A DNA stretch of 64,000 nucleotides from Nitrosopumilus sp. (GCA_965218695.1 OZ244651.1:1856001-1920000); one strand, 5' to 3'; shown: positions 38,133 through 48,278, counted from the first letter of the stretch. A program made the numbers and translations. The notes: generated by a model not told the origin, from the letters alone.

Positions 38133-39309
38133 TCCTCATGGCCTCCACGGGCAGCATCTTGGTTGCCCGGTACGACGGGTACAGCGACGCAATTATTGCA
38201 AGCGCAAAGGATGTCAGTGCCGTCTGTCCTATCTTGGCCCAGTCGTAGCTGACCTCCAGCGGCAGGCTGTTGTTGAATGTAAGTTTTGTCTCCTTTGCAT
38301 AGACTGTGTATCCCAGCCCCGCAGCAGTCCCTGCACCTGCCCCGATGGCCCCGATTATCATCCCCTGCAGTATGAAGATTACCAGTACGTCCTTTCTCCG
38401 GGCCCCGAGGGATCGCATGACGCCTATCTCCCTTGTCTTCCCGTTTACCAACATCATCTGGATGGTAACGATGGCAAATGCAGATGACATCATTCCAAAG
38501 TATCCAATCATGTTTATCATGGCTATTCCGGACCTGAACCCGGCAAGCTGCTGCTCGGCTGACTCCTCTATGGTCTGGGCTATAAAGTCGCTGTTGGGAA
38601 ACGATGTAAGGAAGAGATCCCTGACATGTTCTGCCTTTGTAGGATCGTTTAGTTTTACCATGAACGAGTCAGAGTTCCCGTCCCGATCCAGCATGTCCCT
38701 GAGGGTGTCAATGTGGAGCACGGCTGCATAGTCAAACCCCTGGCCGCCCGGCGATGCTGCAATCCCGCTTACCGTGAACCGCCTGACCTGCTCCTGCCCC
38801 CACCGGTCCACCACCATGACCTTGATGCCGTCGCCTACTATGGCACCCCCAAGATCCCGTGCTACGGTGGAGCCCAGAACGATGGAGTTTCTTGCAAAGA
38901 CGTAGGTTCCCTCGTTTACCGTCTCGTGAATGGTCGAGGCACGTATGTCATTGAAGGGATCAACGCCGATGAGCGGGATGCGCGATTCCTGCACGAGGAC
39001 TCCGTTCTTGGTCATGTTGATCTCCCCCGACGATGAAAGCCGGGGAGTTGCAGCATGGACGTACGGGATCCTCTCAAACCAAGAGATGAGTGTCCTGTCT
39101 GACGTGTCGATATAGTTTGCCTCGTCTGTGACAAGGATGTCCCCGTTGCGATAGTCGGTGATGTCCCTGACGATTGCATCAAAGAGTCCCTGAAATATTA
39201 CAAAGTTTACGTGAATGACCAGTATTCCTATGGTGACTGCAAGTACTGCGCCCATCAGGCTTCCCTTCTTGTTGAAGAGCATCCGTTTTGCCAGGCGCAG
39301 TCTGTACAC
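38125..39309 (-). CDS. ABC transporter permease (LolC/E, MacB/FtsX family)
   Basis: One N-terminal TM, a large extracytoplasmic loop, KTREIGVMRSLGA, YPSYRATKMLPVEAMR. Confidence 0.9.
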   Translation of the reverse strand: MYRLRLAKRMLFNKKGSLMGAVLAVTIGILVIHVNFVIFQGLFDAIVRDITDYRNGDILVTDEANYIDTSDRTLISWFERIPYVHAATPRLSSSGEINMTKNGVLVQESRIPLIGVDPFNDIRASTIHETVNEGTYVFARNSIVLGSTVARDLGGAIVGDGIKVMVVDRWGQEQVRRFTVSGIAASPGGQGFDYAAVLHIDTLRDMLDRDGNSDSFMVKLNDPTKAEHVRDLFLTSFPNSDFIAQTIEESAEQQLAGFRSGIAMINMIGYFGMMSSAFAIVTIQMMLVNGKTREIGVMRSLGARRKDVLVIFILQGMIIGAIGAGAGTAAGLGYTVYAKETKLTFNNSLPLEVSYDWAKIGQTALTSFALAIIASLYPSYRATKMLPVEAMRNV

Positions 39310-39328
39310 GGAATTAATAGAATAGTCT

Positions 39329-39360
39329 GATATTTAATATCTCGTATAGTAAATATTTAC
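39329..39360. promoter_or_regulatory. Two palindromes in the divergent ABC/Lrp promoter region (candidate operators)
   Basis: GATATT-T-AATATC (39329-41) and GTAAATATTTAC (39349-60). Confidence 0.4.
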
Positions 39361-39400
39361 ATTATAGACAATTTTATATCAAACTGCCCATCCATAAACA

Positions 39401-40318
39401 ATGAAAGCAATGGACGATCTGGACGTAAAAATTCTGAGCAGGCTGCTCAACAACTGCAGGGAGCCTGCAAGGCAGATAGCCATCAAGGCAGAAAAGACAA
39501 GCGCCACGATCAACTCCAGGATTCAGAGGATGCAAGAAGACGGCGTCATCGAAGAGTTTGTAGTCAGGGTCGAGCCGTTCATGTTCGGGTACGGCGTCTT
39601 GTACTTTGTAGTCTCAGGTGAGGACGCAGACGAGGTTCTTAAACAGATACGCCAAGTGGGGGAGCCTCACTTTGTGGTGCCGTGCATAGGGGGAATTACA
39701 GTCTGTAGCATAGTCGTAAGAGAGAAAATGCAGGAGAAGATAAGCATGCTAAACAAGGTTATGAACGACATCAAGATACTCTCCATCTTTGAGGCAGGGG
39801 ATCTGGGGCATGGATCAGGCCTTACAAAGACAGACTTGAGGATTCTTAGAGAGTTGGGGAGGGATCCGAGGCAGAGGGTGGAGGCTGTCGCGCACAGGGC
39901 CGGGTATTCGACCAAGACTGTCACGCGGTGCATGGCAAGGCTGCAAAGGAACAACGGGGTGCAGTTCACGCTGGTGTATGACCCCAGAAGGTTTGACAAC
40001 TTTATTCCCCACGTCATAATGGTGCAGATAGACGGGGATGTAGACAAGACGGCCAGGGATCTCCACGAGCGGTTCTCGGCTTCATACCTGCAGATTCCGT
40101 ATATCGAAAAGAACCAGATCGTGATGTTCATGTACAGCGACGGCATATTCAGGATGGACGAGCTAACACACGCGGTGCGGACGGTCAGAAATGTAAGATC
40201 CGTAGATCTCTTCATTCCAAAGAGGATACTACTGTTCAACAAGTGGCTTGAGGACGCGATAAGCGAGGCCGAGAGGCTGCCGGGACTGCACGTGAATACT
40301 AGGTGGGTTAGGCGTTGA
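39401..40318 (+). CDS. Lrp/AsnC-family regulator with two HTH units
   Basis: MDDLDVKILSRLLNNCR..RIQRMQEDGVI and LTKTDLRILRELGRDPR..KTVTRCMARL. Confidence 0.88.
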   Translation: MKAMDDLDVKILSRLLNNCREPARQIAIKAEKTSATINSRIQRMQEDGVIEEFVVRVEPFMFGYGVLYFVVSGEDADEVLKQIRQVGEPHFVVPCIGGITVCSIVVREKMQEKISMLNKVMNDIKILSIFEAGDLGHGSGLTKTDLRILRELGRDPRQRVEAVAHRAGYSTKTVTRCMARLQRNNGVQFTLVYDPRRFDNFIPHVIMVQIDGDVDKTARDLHERFSASYLQIPYIEKNQIVMFMYSDGIFRMDELTHAVRTVRNVRSVDLFIPKRILLFNKWLEDAISEAERLPGLHVNTRWVRR

Positions 40319-40383
40319 GACGGATGGGTCGCTGCCGGACAATCGTGCCACAGATTAAATAACAACATCCCAGAATTTTCCCG

Positions 40384-40881
40384 TTGGAAAAGACAAAGAT
40401 CTATGATGGAAAGATCTTGGGCTTGAGCGTATACAGGGGCGAGATTGAGGGAAGACGGGTCACGCGCGAGGTGATAGAACATAGGGGGACAGCAGCCATT
40501 TTGGCATTTGACGGGGACGACATAATCATGGTCAGGCAGCACAGGTTCCCCCACGGGTATGTCCTGGAGATTCCTGCAGGAACGCTTGAGGAGGGAGAGG
40601 AGCCGGCGAAGTGCGCATTCAGGGAGTTGGAAGAAGAGACAGGATACGCCGCAGAGACCATGACTCCACTAATCACGTACTATCCCTCGATCGGCTACAA
40701 CATGGAGGTAATACACTGCTTTGTGGCGTCCGGTCTCAGAAGAACATCCGGGCAAGACCTAGATGAGGATGAGATACTCTCGGTGGTCAGGATGAAGCCG
40801 CGGGAGGTTCTTGAGGGAATACGGTCAGGGAAGATCCAAGACTCCAAGACCATATGCGCGGTGCTGATGCATCTTGCATAG
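40384..40881 (+). CDS. NUDIX hydrolase (ADP-ribose pyrophosphatase-like)
   Basis: EIPAGTLEEGEEPAKCAFRELEEETGY Nudix box, IQDSKTI. Confidence 0.92.
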   Translation: MEKTKIYDGKILGLSVYRGEIEGRRVTREVIEHRGTAAILAFDGDDIIMVRQHRFPHGYVLEIPAGTLEEGEEPAKCAFRELEEETGYAAETMTPLITYYPSIGYNMEVIHCFVASGLRRTSGQDLDEDEILSVVRMKPREVLEGIRSGKIQDSKTICAVLMHLA

Positions 40882-40890
40882 TTGCTTGGA

Positions 40891-41865
40891 TTACTTGTAA
40901 ATGGGCTTTACCAGATCGGCAAGATCCGCCCACGACTGCGTTATCCTCTCAAACATGTACACCAGATCAAGAAACTCTGGAGGAATCTGCTCCGTGTCCA
41001 GAGTCGTCCTCAGGCGTATCAGATTGTCCTCAAAGCTCTTGTGAAGCGATATGGCCTGGATTGCCAAAAGCCTGTCAGGTGTGGTAAAGGCCTCGATCGA
41101 CTTCTGGCCCAGCTGCTCAAATTCGCGCACCGCATCATAAATCTTCTCGCAGTGATCCCCGGACAGGGACGAGCCAAGGACCAGCTCTGAGAGAAGCACT
41201 ATGGAGTCGCCTGCCCTCTCAAGCAGGCTTGCAGCAACCCTGTAGTCCAGCACGTCGACGTTCTCTAAGTTGAACGCACTTGCCAGCCTCTTGTCTACAA
41301 GCGTGCTGCGGAGAAGGCGCACAAGCAAAAAGTACTGCCTGTTCACCTCAACGTCGCGCTTTGACATGGTCTTCAGGTTGGACCTGTCATCAGAGACCAG
41401 CCCCCGTATCACCTCGTCATACATGCCAAGTGCAATCGAGCTCATCCTTTTGAGGATCCTTCCGGGATTCAGGGTGGCAGCATCAAGGAGAAACTGCATG
41501 TTGATGTGCGAGGCGTCCTCTTCGATGATCTCCATTCCGACTAGCCTCCTCATGGAGTTGCGGATATTCTCCCTTTCCTGGGCAGGAATGCTGCGCTTTG
41601 AGTCAATCCTGATCATGTCAAATCCCAGAAGGTACGCGCCTGTAATGTCAGCCACGATGTTCTCCTCTTTAGGCAGCGGATACGATATTACGATCTCCCG
41701 TGAAGGACGTGCATCCGGATTTGCAGATACGGAGATGCTCTCCGAGCCCGTGTCAAGTTCCACCTGGCTTCCCTTGCCAAGGTTGTTTGCATCAATCCAC
41801 TCCTTTGGCAGCGACACCAACATGCTGTTTCCTATCCTCTGCAGGCGCCGGATAAATTTAGTCAA
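40891..41865 (-). CDS. AbrB-PhoU phosphate uptake regulator
   Basis: RRLQRIGNSMLVSLPKEW AbrB domain, then PhoU helices (DVEVNRQYFL, LERAGD). Confidence 0.88.
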   Translation of the reverse strand: MTKFIRRLQRIGNSMLVSLPKEWIDANNLGKGSQVELDTGSESISVSANPDARPSREIVISYPLPKEENIVADITGAYLLGFDMIRIDSKRSIPAQERENIRNSMRRLVGMEIIEEDASHINMQFLLDAATLNPGRILKRMSSIALGMYDEVIRGLVSDDRSNLKTMSKRDVEVNRQYFLLVRLLRSTLVDKRLASAFNLENVDVLDYRVAASLLERAGDSIVLLSELVLGSSLSGDHCEKIYDAVREFEQLGQKSIEAFTTPDRLLAIQAISLHKSFEDNLIRLRTTLDTEQIPPEFLDLVYMFERITQSWADLADLVKPIYK

Positions 41866-41930
41866 TTTATACTAGTTCAATTAATTTAATCCATATTCTT
41901 ATATTTTGTGTACAATTTAAACTTAGAATA

Positions 41931-42839
41931 ATGAAAGCGACGGCATTCTGTCCTGCCCACGTTACAGGATTCTTCAAGGTACATCTGGATGAGAAACACG
42001 TTATTACGGGATCCGTTGGAGCCGGATTCTCAATAAAGCACGGGGTTACGACCAGGGTAAGGGTGGAGCCCAGAAGGGATGGGGAGCCATACTTTAGGAT
42101 AACCACGAGCAAGTACAAGTCGGAGAACACGGATGTCTCCAAGTTTGTGTTAGATGAGTTTGTGGGGATGGGAAACTACTCTGACAAACTCTTTGATGTA
42201 AGACACGAGATAACCGTGCCGGTGGGATATGGCCTGGGATCAAGCGGCGCAGTCGCGCTGTCCACGGCGTACGCACTGGACAGGGCCCTCGGGACCGGAC
42301 TGGAACGGACCAAGATAGGGGAGATTGCCCACAATGCAGAGATCGCATGCAGGACCGGGCTCGGGGACGTCCTGGCATCATTCCATGGAGGATTTGAGAT
42401 CCGCCTCAGGCCGGGGGCACCGGGGACAGGCGCCGTTCAAAAGATACAGGCAGGCGGCATCAGAATAGTCATGGTATGCTTTTCACCCGTCTCAACCCGA
42501 GAGTTTATCAAGGAACGCCTCCCAAGGATCAACGGAATTGGTGGAATAATGGTGGACAGACTGCAAGAGTCACAGGACTTTGGAGACTTTCAGGACATGT
42601 CCCTTGAATTTGCAAGGCGTGTGGGTGTAATGACCCCCAGGATGCAGAACGTGGCTGACAGGCTCTCACAGATAGGCATAAAGTGCGGCGTTGCTCTGTT
42701 TGGCGAGACTGTCTTTTCAATGATACCAAGTAGTGATGATGATGAGGAGCGCATTCTTGAGGTTCTGCAAGAGTATCCCGAGGGAATCGTGATAAGATCG
42801 GAGCTGGATGACGGTGGAGCAAGAGTCGTTGGCAACTGA
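41931..42839 (+). CDS. Pantoate kinase (GHMP family)
   Basis: AFCPAHVTGFF, PVGYGLGSSGA, AEIACRTGLGDV, PGAPG; CoA operon context. Confidence 0.9.
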   Translation: MKATAFCPAHVTGFFKVHLDEKHVITGSVGAGFSIKHGVTTRVRVEPRRDGEPYFRITTSKYKSENTDVSKFVLDEFVGMGNYSDKLFDVRHEITVPVGYGLGSSGAVALSTAYALDRALGTGLERTKIGEIAHNAEIACRTGLGDVLASFHGGFEIRLRPGAPGTGAVQKIQAGGIRIVMVCFSPVSTREFIKERLPRINGIGGIMVDRLQESQDFGDFQDMSLEFARRVGVMTPRMQNVADRLSQIGIKCGVALFGETVFSMIPSSDDDEERILEVLQEYPEGIVIRSELDDGGARVVGN

Positions 42840-43596
42840 CCATGTGCCGGTGTCGCATCCAAGGGCCAAGTCCCTCCGGATCCGCAACAGGCTGGTAGAC
42901 GGATTCGATCAGGGACTGGTGGCCACGGAGGGGCTGCTGGCACACGGAAGGGGCGAGGCCTTTGACTACATACTTGGAGAGGAGACGAGTGGTTCTGCAA
43001 GGCTCGCCATCAGCGCGGCGGCTGCCCACATAATCATGGCCAGAAAGCCGGTAATCTCCGTAAACGGGAACGTTGCAGCATTGTGCCCCGGACACATAGT
43101 CAAGCTTGCAGGGCAGATAGGCGCCACGCTGGAAGTCAACCTGTTTTATGCCAGCGTCAGAAGAAAGGATGCAGTGGCAGCAGCCCTCAGGGAGAACGGG
43201 GCAGAAGAGGTCCTAGGGATGGATTTGGATGACTCTGGGGTACTGTCAGGGATAGATTCTGCAAGGAAGGTATCAGACAAGAGGGGAATACTGACAGCAG
43301 ACGTGGTAGTCGTTCCACTGGAGGACGGAGACAGGACTGCGGCGCTGGTCAAGGCAGGAAAGAAGGTCATCACCTTTGACCTTAACCCGCTATCAAGGAC
43401 GGCACAGACTGCAACCGTTACCATCGTGGACAACGTGATGCGGGCAATCAACCTGCTGACTGCAGAGTGCAGAAGGCTCCAGGCCGAGGACAGGACAGTC
43501 CTTGAGGAAATCATGTCAGGCTTTGACAACAAAGAGAACCTCAGGGAATCCGTGATACAGATAAGGGAAAACCTGGAAAGAATGGCAGATGCATAA
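42808..43596 (+). CDS. 4-phosphopantoate--beta-alanine ligase (phosphopantothenate synthetase)
   Basis: SHPRAKSL, GLLAHGRGEAFDYILGE, SVNGN, VPLEDGDR, DLNPLSRT. Confidence 0.93.
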   Translation: MTVEQESLATDHVPVSHPRAKSLRIRNRLVDGFDQGLVATEGLLAHGRGEAFDYILGEETSGSARLAISAAAAHIIMARKPVISVNGNVAALCPGHIVKLAGQIGATLEVNLFYASVRRKDAVAAALRENGAEEVLGMDLDDSGVLSGIDSARKVSDKRGILTADVVVVPLEDGDRTAALVKAGKKVITFDLNPLSRTAQTATVTIVDNVMRAINLLTAECRRLQAEDRTVLEEIMSGFDNKENLRESVIQIRENLERMADA

Positions 43597-44437
43597 GACG
43601 GTACAGGACATAACAGGCAAGAAGGGCGGCGCCAAGATATCGGTCATTACAAGCTACGACTATGCCTTTGCGTCCCTGTGTGACAGGGCCGGAATCGACA
43701 TACTGCTGGTAGGGGACAGCGGCGGAATGGTGATGCTCGGATACGACAGCACCGTCCATGTAACCATGGAACAGATGTGCATGTTTACAGAGGGAGTCAG
43801 CAGGGCAAGAAAGGATTCGCTGCTGGTATCTGACATGCCGTTCATGTCATACCAGACAGGCGCACAGGATGCCATCAGGAACGCCGGAAGACTGGTAAAG
43901 GCAGGAGCCGATGCCGTAAAGCTCGAGGGCGGCGCTACCATTGTGGGAATAGTCAGAAGTATTACCGATGTGGGGATTCCGGTAATGGGCCACATCGGAC
44001 TGCAGCCGCAGACCAGCGTGCTCTCGCGGGGGTACAGGATGCAGGGGGAGACAAGCGAGGCGGCTGCAAGGATGGTCGAGGATGCCAAGGCAATCGAGGA
44101 GGCAGGCGCATTCTGCATAGTGGTGGAGAAGACAAGTCGCGAGGTGGCAGACATCATAACCAGTACCGTGGGCATACCCACCATAGGAATTGGCGCCGGG
44201 AACGGGTGCGACGGGCAGGTGCTGGTGCTCCAAGACATGCTGGGCATGTATGACAGGATGAGGCCCAAGTTCGTAAAGAGGTACATGAATCTTGCGCAGG
44301 ATGTTACTGCGGCACTAAAAGAGTACAAGGCCGATGTGGAGTCGGGAGCGTTTCCCGCAGAAGCCAACTGCTACCGAATGGATCCCGCCGAGGTACGGCG
44401 GCTTCCTGACCAGCTGCGTGAGAAATGCGATGTCTAG
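43589..44437 (+). CDS. panB: 3-methyl-2-oxobutanoate hydroxymethyltransferase
   Basis: TSYDY, LVGDS, DMPFMSY, VKLEGG, GHIGLQPQ, IGIGAG..CDGQVLV. Confidence 0.96.
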   Translation: MHKTVQDITGKKGGAKISVITSYDYAFASLCDRAGIDILLVGDSGGMVMLGYDSTVHVTMEQMCMFTEGVSRARKDSLLVSDMPFMSYQTGAQDAIRNAGRLVKAGADAVKLEGGATIVGIVRSITDVGIPVMGHIGLQPQTSVLSRGYRMQGETSEAAARMVEDAKAIEEAGAFCIVVEKTSREVADIITSTVGIPTIGIGAGNGCDGQVLVLQDMLGMYDRMRPKFVKRYMNLAQDVTAALKEYKADVESGAFPAEANCYRMDPAEVRRLPDQLREKCDV

Positions 44438-45698
44438 CAGTAGGGGGAAGGATCATCCTTCACTGGACATAGTCTCCTCGCACGGGACGGAACTTGCAGG
44501 CAGGAGGGTGGTGCTATGCGTGGCAGGAAGCGTGGCAGCATACAAGGCAATAGAGCTTGCAAGGCTCCTGATGAGGCACGGCGCCGATGTCACGTGTGCG
44601 GCAAGCAATGCTGCTACCAGACTGATACGGCCCGACTATCTGAAATGGGCCACGGGAAACAACGTGATAACAAAGCTGTCAGGCAGTCTGGAGCACATCA
44701 AACTGGCCGACTACGGACAGTCCGATCTGATAATAGTGTATCCGGCCACGGCAAACACGCTTGGCAGACTGGCAAACGGGATGGACGACACTCCGATATC
44801 CACCATACTGACTGTGGGGTTTGGCGCGGGGATTCCCATTCTGATGTGTCCTGCCATGCACAGTGCCATGTATGAGAATGCAGCAGTCAGGAGGAACATC
44901 GAGTTTCTAAGGAAGAGGATCCAGTTTGCAGAACCGGTCAGGGTCGAGGGAAAGGCAAAGGCCCCGGAGCCAGAAGATGTCCTGGCGCTGGTGATCGAGA
45001 GGTTTGGTGTATGTTCGCCCCTCAGGGACAAGAGGGTGTTGATGACTGCAGGTCCCACCATGGAATACATTGATCCTGTAAGGGTGATAACCAACCTCAG
45101 CTCGGGAAGGACGGGGACCCTTCTGGCCTCAGAGATGGTTCGTGCAGGCGCAAGGCTTACGCTGGTGTACGGCCCGGGACGATACGAGCCGCCTGACGGT
45201 GCCAAGGTAATTCGCACCACCACAGGGGGACAGATGCATGAGGCAGTCAGGAGGCTGCTCAAAAAAAGATTCGATGTGATAGTTATGGCCGCAGCAGTCT
45301 CTGACTATGTCCCGGAGGCTCCATACGAGGCAAAGATGGACAGCTCTGGTGGTGGTGGTGGTGGTGGTGGTGGTGGTGGTGAAGTGACAGTCAGGCTCAG
45401 GAGGGCCCCGAAGATAATCGATACCATCAGGCAGAGCCAGAAGGGTGCGCTGCTGGTAGGGTTCAAGGCAGAGGCAGACGTAACAAGAAAGAAACTTGTG
45501 GAGTCGGCCCGCAAAAAGATCACAGAGTCAGGTGCAGATGTCGTCATGGCAAACGACATCGGGGCAAGATACAAAAGGAATACCGATGTAAACGAGGTCC
45601 TTGCAGTCGACTCAGAGACGGTGGCCTCATCAGGCAGGAGGAGGAAGGAGGAGGTTGCAGTGTTTATCAGAAGAGAGATCGAGCGCAGGATAAGATGA
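44430..45698 (+). CDS. coaBC: Bifunctional phosphopantothenoylcysteine decarboxylase/ligase
   Basis: AGSVAAYK, PATANT, PAMH..MY, TAGPT.EYIDPVR.ITN.SSG, AAVSDY, GFKAE. ATG 44430 overlaps panB. Confidence 0.95.
   Translation: MSSSRGKDHPSLDIVSSHGTELAGRRVVLCVAGSVAAYKAIELARLLMRHGADVTCAASNAATRLIRPDYLKWATGNNVITKLSGSLEHIKLADYGQSDLIIVYPATANTLGRLANGMDDTPISTILTVGFGAGIPILMCPAMHSAMYENAAVRRNIEFLRKRIQFAEPVRVEGKAKAPEPEDVLALVIERFGVCSPLRDKRVLMTAGPTMEYIDPVRVITNLSSGRTGTLLASEMVRAGARLTLVYGPGRYEPPDGAKVIRTTTGGQMHEAVRRLLKKRFDVIVMAAAVSDYVPEAPYEAKMDSSGGGGGGGGGGGEVTVRLRRAPKIIDTIRQSQKGALLVGFKAEADVTRKKLVESARKKITESGADVVMANDIGARYKRNTDVNEVLAVDSETVASSGRRRKEEVAVFIRREIERRIR
45348..45380 (+). repeat. (GGT)11 microsatellite encoding poly-Gly inside coaBC
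   Basis: 33 nt of pure GGT. Confidence 0.95.
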
Positions 45699-45853
45699 AG
45701 AGGACGGAGATCAAGGGGATGCTTTCACGGTACGAGGCCATCAAACGCAGACACGAAAAGACGCCAGATGCCAGGCTTGCAGGGATCCTCAGGGACATAG
45801 AGCACAGGTATTATCACGAGACCGGGGAGCCCATAGGGCACCGGGAGGACTAG
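45695..45853 (+). CDS. Small hypothetical protein (52 aa, missing from the ORF track)
   Basis: MKRTEIKGMLSRYEAIKRRHEKTPDARLAGILRDIEHRYYHETGEPIGHRED. ATGA overlap with the coaBC stop; ends 2 nt before the next ATG. Confidence 0.7.
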   Translation: MKRTEIKGMLSRYEAIKRRHEKTPDARLAGILRDIEHRYYHETGEPIGHRED

Positions 45854-45855
45854 GC

Positions 45856-46680
45856 ATGGAGCCTGCAGAATTCAAGAGGCAGAACATGACAGTCTGGAAC
45901 GAGATGGCACCAAGGTATCACTCCAAGTGGGTAGGCGCAGACACCGGTCCGTTCCAGAGCACGGCGGAGCTGGTGGACATGGTCGGGGTAAGGGAGGGAA
46001 ACCGCGTCTTGGATGTTGCGTGCGGGACAGGGGCAGTCACCCGAAGGCTCGTAGAGAGGGTCGGGGGGGACGGATACGTGGTGGGGGCTGACATGTCAGT
46101 GTCTGCAATACGGATTGCAATGGCCCATAACAGAGAGCCCAACCTTCTGTTTGTCAACGCCGATGCAGAGAACCTCTCGTTTGGAGACAGGTTCGATGTC
46201 ATAACGTGCCAGTATGCGCTGTTCTTCTTTCCGGATGCATCACGCGCCCTGAAGAACATGAGGAGGAACCTTGAGGAGTCGGGGGTGTTGGGCATCTCGG
46301 TGCACGGGTGCAGGGTGCCATACTATACCAGCATCCTTGACGCGGTGACGGAGTTTATTCCCGACTATATCGCCCCCGGGACGCCGCGGCTTGACAGGTA
46401 CGGCACCGCAGAATCCCTCAGAGACGAGGTGGCGCAGGCCGGATTCTCAGGCGTGCGGGTGCGCGAGTTTGTCTTTACGTACAGCCCTGGAGATTTTGAA
46501 CGGTACTGGAGGATGTACCTAGAGTATGTCTCAAGGCCCGCCAGGGAGAAGATTGACTCGCTTGGAGTGGCGCAGACCGAGAGGCTCAAGGAGGCAGTAA
46601 GGGAGAATGCCAGGCAGTATGAGAGGAACGGAGTGATGGAGTTTCCCTGGCAAGTTTTAATTCTAACTGCCAGATACTAG
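45856..46680 (+). CDS. Class I SAM-dependent methyltransferase (UbiE-like)
   Basis: VLDVACGTG, GADMS, ADAENL, FDVITCQYALFFFPD. Confidence 0.9.
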   Translation: MEPAEFKRQNMTVWNEMAPRYHSKWVGADTGPFQSTAELVDMVGVREGNRVLDVACGTGAVTRRLVERVGGDGYVVGADMSVSAIRIAMAHNREPNLLFVNADAENLSFGDRFDVITCQYALFFFPDASRALKNMRRNLEESGVLGISVHGCRVPYYTSILDAVTEFIPDYIAPGTPRLDRYGTAESLRDEVAQAGFSGVRVREFVFTYSPGDFERYWRMYLEYVSRPAREKIDSLGVAQTERLKEAVRENARQYERNGVMEFPWQVLILTARY

Positions 46681-46690
46681 TCTCAGGGGA

Positions 46691-47200
46691 GTGAAGATGG
46701 CCAGGAAGAAAAAGGACGTTGCAGAGAAGAAGAAGAAAAAGTCCGACTTTGGCGCATTCCTCAAGAAGAGGGCCCCGATCTACCTGGGAATAACTGCGCT
46801 GTTTCTGGTGTTTGTGGTGCCGTCACTGACGGCAAAGAGCCTGGATGATACGTTTCCTGATCTCTCAGAAGAGGAGCAGGTGGTGGTGGATACGCTGATG
46901 GGGTATGACGGGGGTGACGGGACGGGACTGACGGTGATGGAGGCAATCGAGGAGAAGATCGACGACTTGTATCCGGAGGACGGCATATATGACGACAAGA
47001 GGACCACGGTGAGCCTTGCCATAAACAGGACTGTCGGTGACGATCTGCCCAACGACGAGGTGTACAGGGTGGTACTCGGCTTCGAGTCGTACAGGGGCCA
47101 GATGGAGTACAGATGGAATGTCGATGTGGTATCAGGCGGCATTACCCCAAACAATGCAGAGGCAAAGCACGTCACAGAGCTAGTCGAGTTTTACGACTAG
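46691..47200 (+). CDS. Hypothetical membrane-anchored protein
   Basis: Lys-rich N-terminus, one TM helix and an acidic extracellular domain. Confidence 0.75.
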   Translation: MKMARKKKDVAEKKKKKSDFGAFLKKRAPIYLGITALFLVFVVPSLTAKSLDDTFPDLSEEEQVVVDTLMGYDGGDGTGLTVMEAIEEKIDDLYPEDGIYDDKRTTVSLAINRTVGDDLPNDEVYRVVLGFESYRGQMEYRWNVDVVSGGITPNNAEAKHVTELVEFYD

Positions 47201-47210
47201 CCGCGCCGCA

Positions 47211-48278
47211 TCAGGCCACCAACAGGTCCTTGGTAAACTTGTGCATGACGGTAGGACGGTCGCCTGCTACCACCAGCGAGTCCTCTATGCGGATTCCAAA
47301 GGAATCCTCTATGTATATGCCCGGCTCCACGGTTATGGCCATGTTCTTTTTCAGCTCGGTCTGCACCCCCGCAGAGACTGCCGGAGGCTCGTGCACCTCA
47401 AGGCCTATCCCGTGCCCGGTGGAGTGGATAAAGTACTGGCCAAGGCCGCTCTCCCGGATGTACTGCCTGCAGGACTCGTCAACGTCGCCGCATGTGGCAC
47501 CTGGTCGGACGCTCTTCAGGCCGAGCCTCTGAGATTCCCGGACCACCTCGTATGCCTCGACTGCCCGGGGCCGGATCCCCCCTATCGCAAACGTCCTTGT
47601 CGCATCAGACACGTATCCCTTGTATCTCAAGGTGAGATCAACTACCACGAGATCGTGCCTTCGGAACCTCCTTGAGGTCACCTGCGCATGGGGCAGGGCG
47701 CCGTTGGGGCCGCCTGCGATTATCAGCGGGTTGAGCGTGGAGGAGTAGCCGGTATCAAACATCTGGCGCGAGCATGCATGGGCCATTATCGCCGCCTGCA
47801 GTTCGGACTCCTTCTGGCCGGCATGGATGGACTGGGCACACACCTCGAAGAGCTCGTCTATGATTCGGGAGGCCTTTTTGAGTATGGCAATCTCCCGGGT
47901 ATCCTTGATGATGCGTGAGTTGTAGAACGGCTGGACTGACTGCAAGATGGCCGGAATGCGGCCCTTCAGGGACATCATTGTGGAGTAGTCCCGGCAGTCG
48001 GTGCAGGGATGCTTGCCGCGAATCTGTCCGGCAAGCGAGGAGACTAGTCCTGATCCCCGTTCTGCCCGGACCACGTTGCAGTCACGGGACTCCTCCCGGG
48101 CCCTCCCCATCTCAAGCTCGGGTGCGACTATGGTGGTCGTTCCGTCAGACTCCAGCAGCCCCGCAGCCTCGCCCCAGAATCCGGTCATGTAAAAGAGGTT
48201 CTCAGGCTCGAAGGTTACCAGCGCGTCGCAGCCGATCTCTTCAGCATGTCCTAGGAGGTCCTGTCTGCGCCGGTCCAC
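47211..48278 (-). CDS. Xaa-Pro aminopeptidase (M24B)
   Basis: NLFYMTGF, GALPHA, YVSDATRT, HSTGHGIGLEVHE, TVEPGIY..GIRIED. Confidence 0.93.
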   Translation of the reverse strand: MDRRRQDLLGHAEEIGCDALVTFEPENLFYMTGFWGEAAGLLESDGTTTIVAPELEMGRAREESRDCNVVRAERGSGLVSSLAGQIRGKHPCTDCRDYSTMMSLKGRIPAILQSVQPFYNSRIIKDTREIAILKKASRIIDELFEVCAQSIHAGQKESELQAAIMAHACSRQMFDTGYSSTLNPLIIAGGPNGALPHAQVTSRRFRRHDLVVVDLTLRYKGYVSDATRTFAIGGIRPRAVEAYEVVRESQRLGLKSVRPGATCGDVDESCRQYIRESGLGQYFIHSTGHGIGLEVHEPPAVSAGVQTELKKNMAITVEPGIYIEDSFGIRIEDSLVVAGDRPTVMHKFTKDLLVA

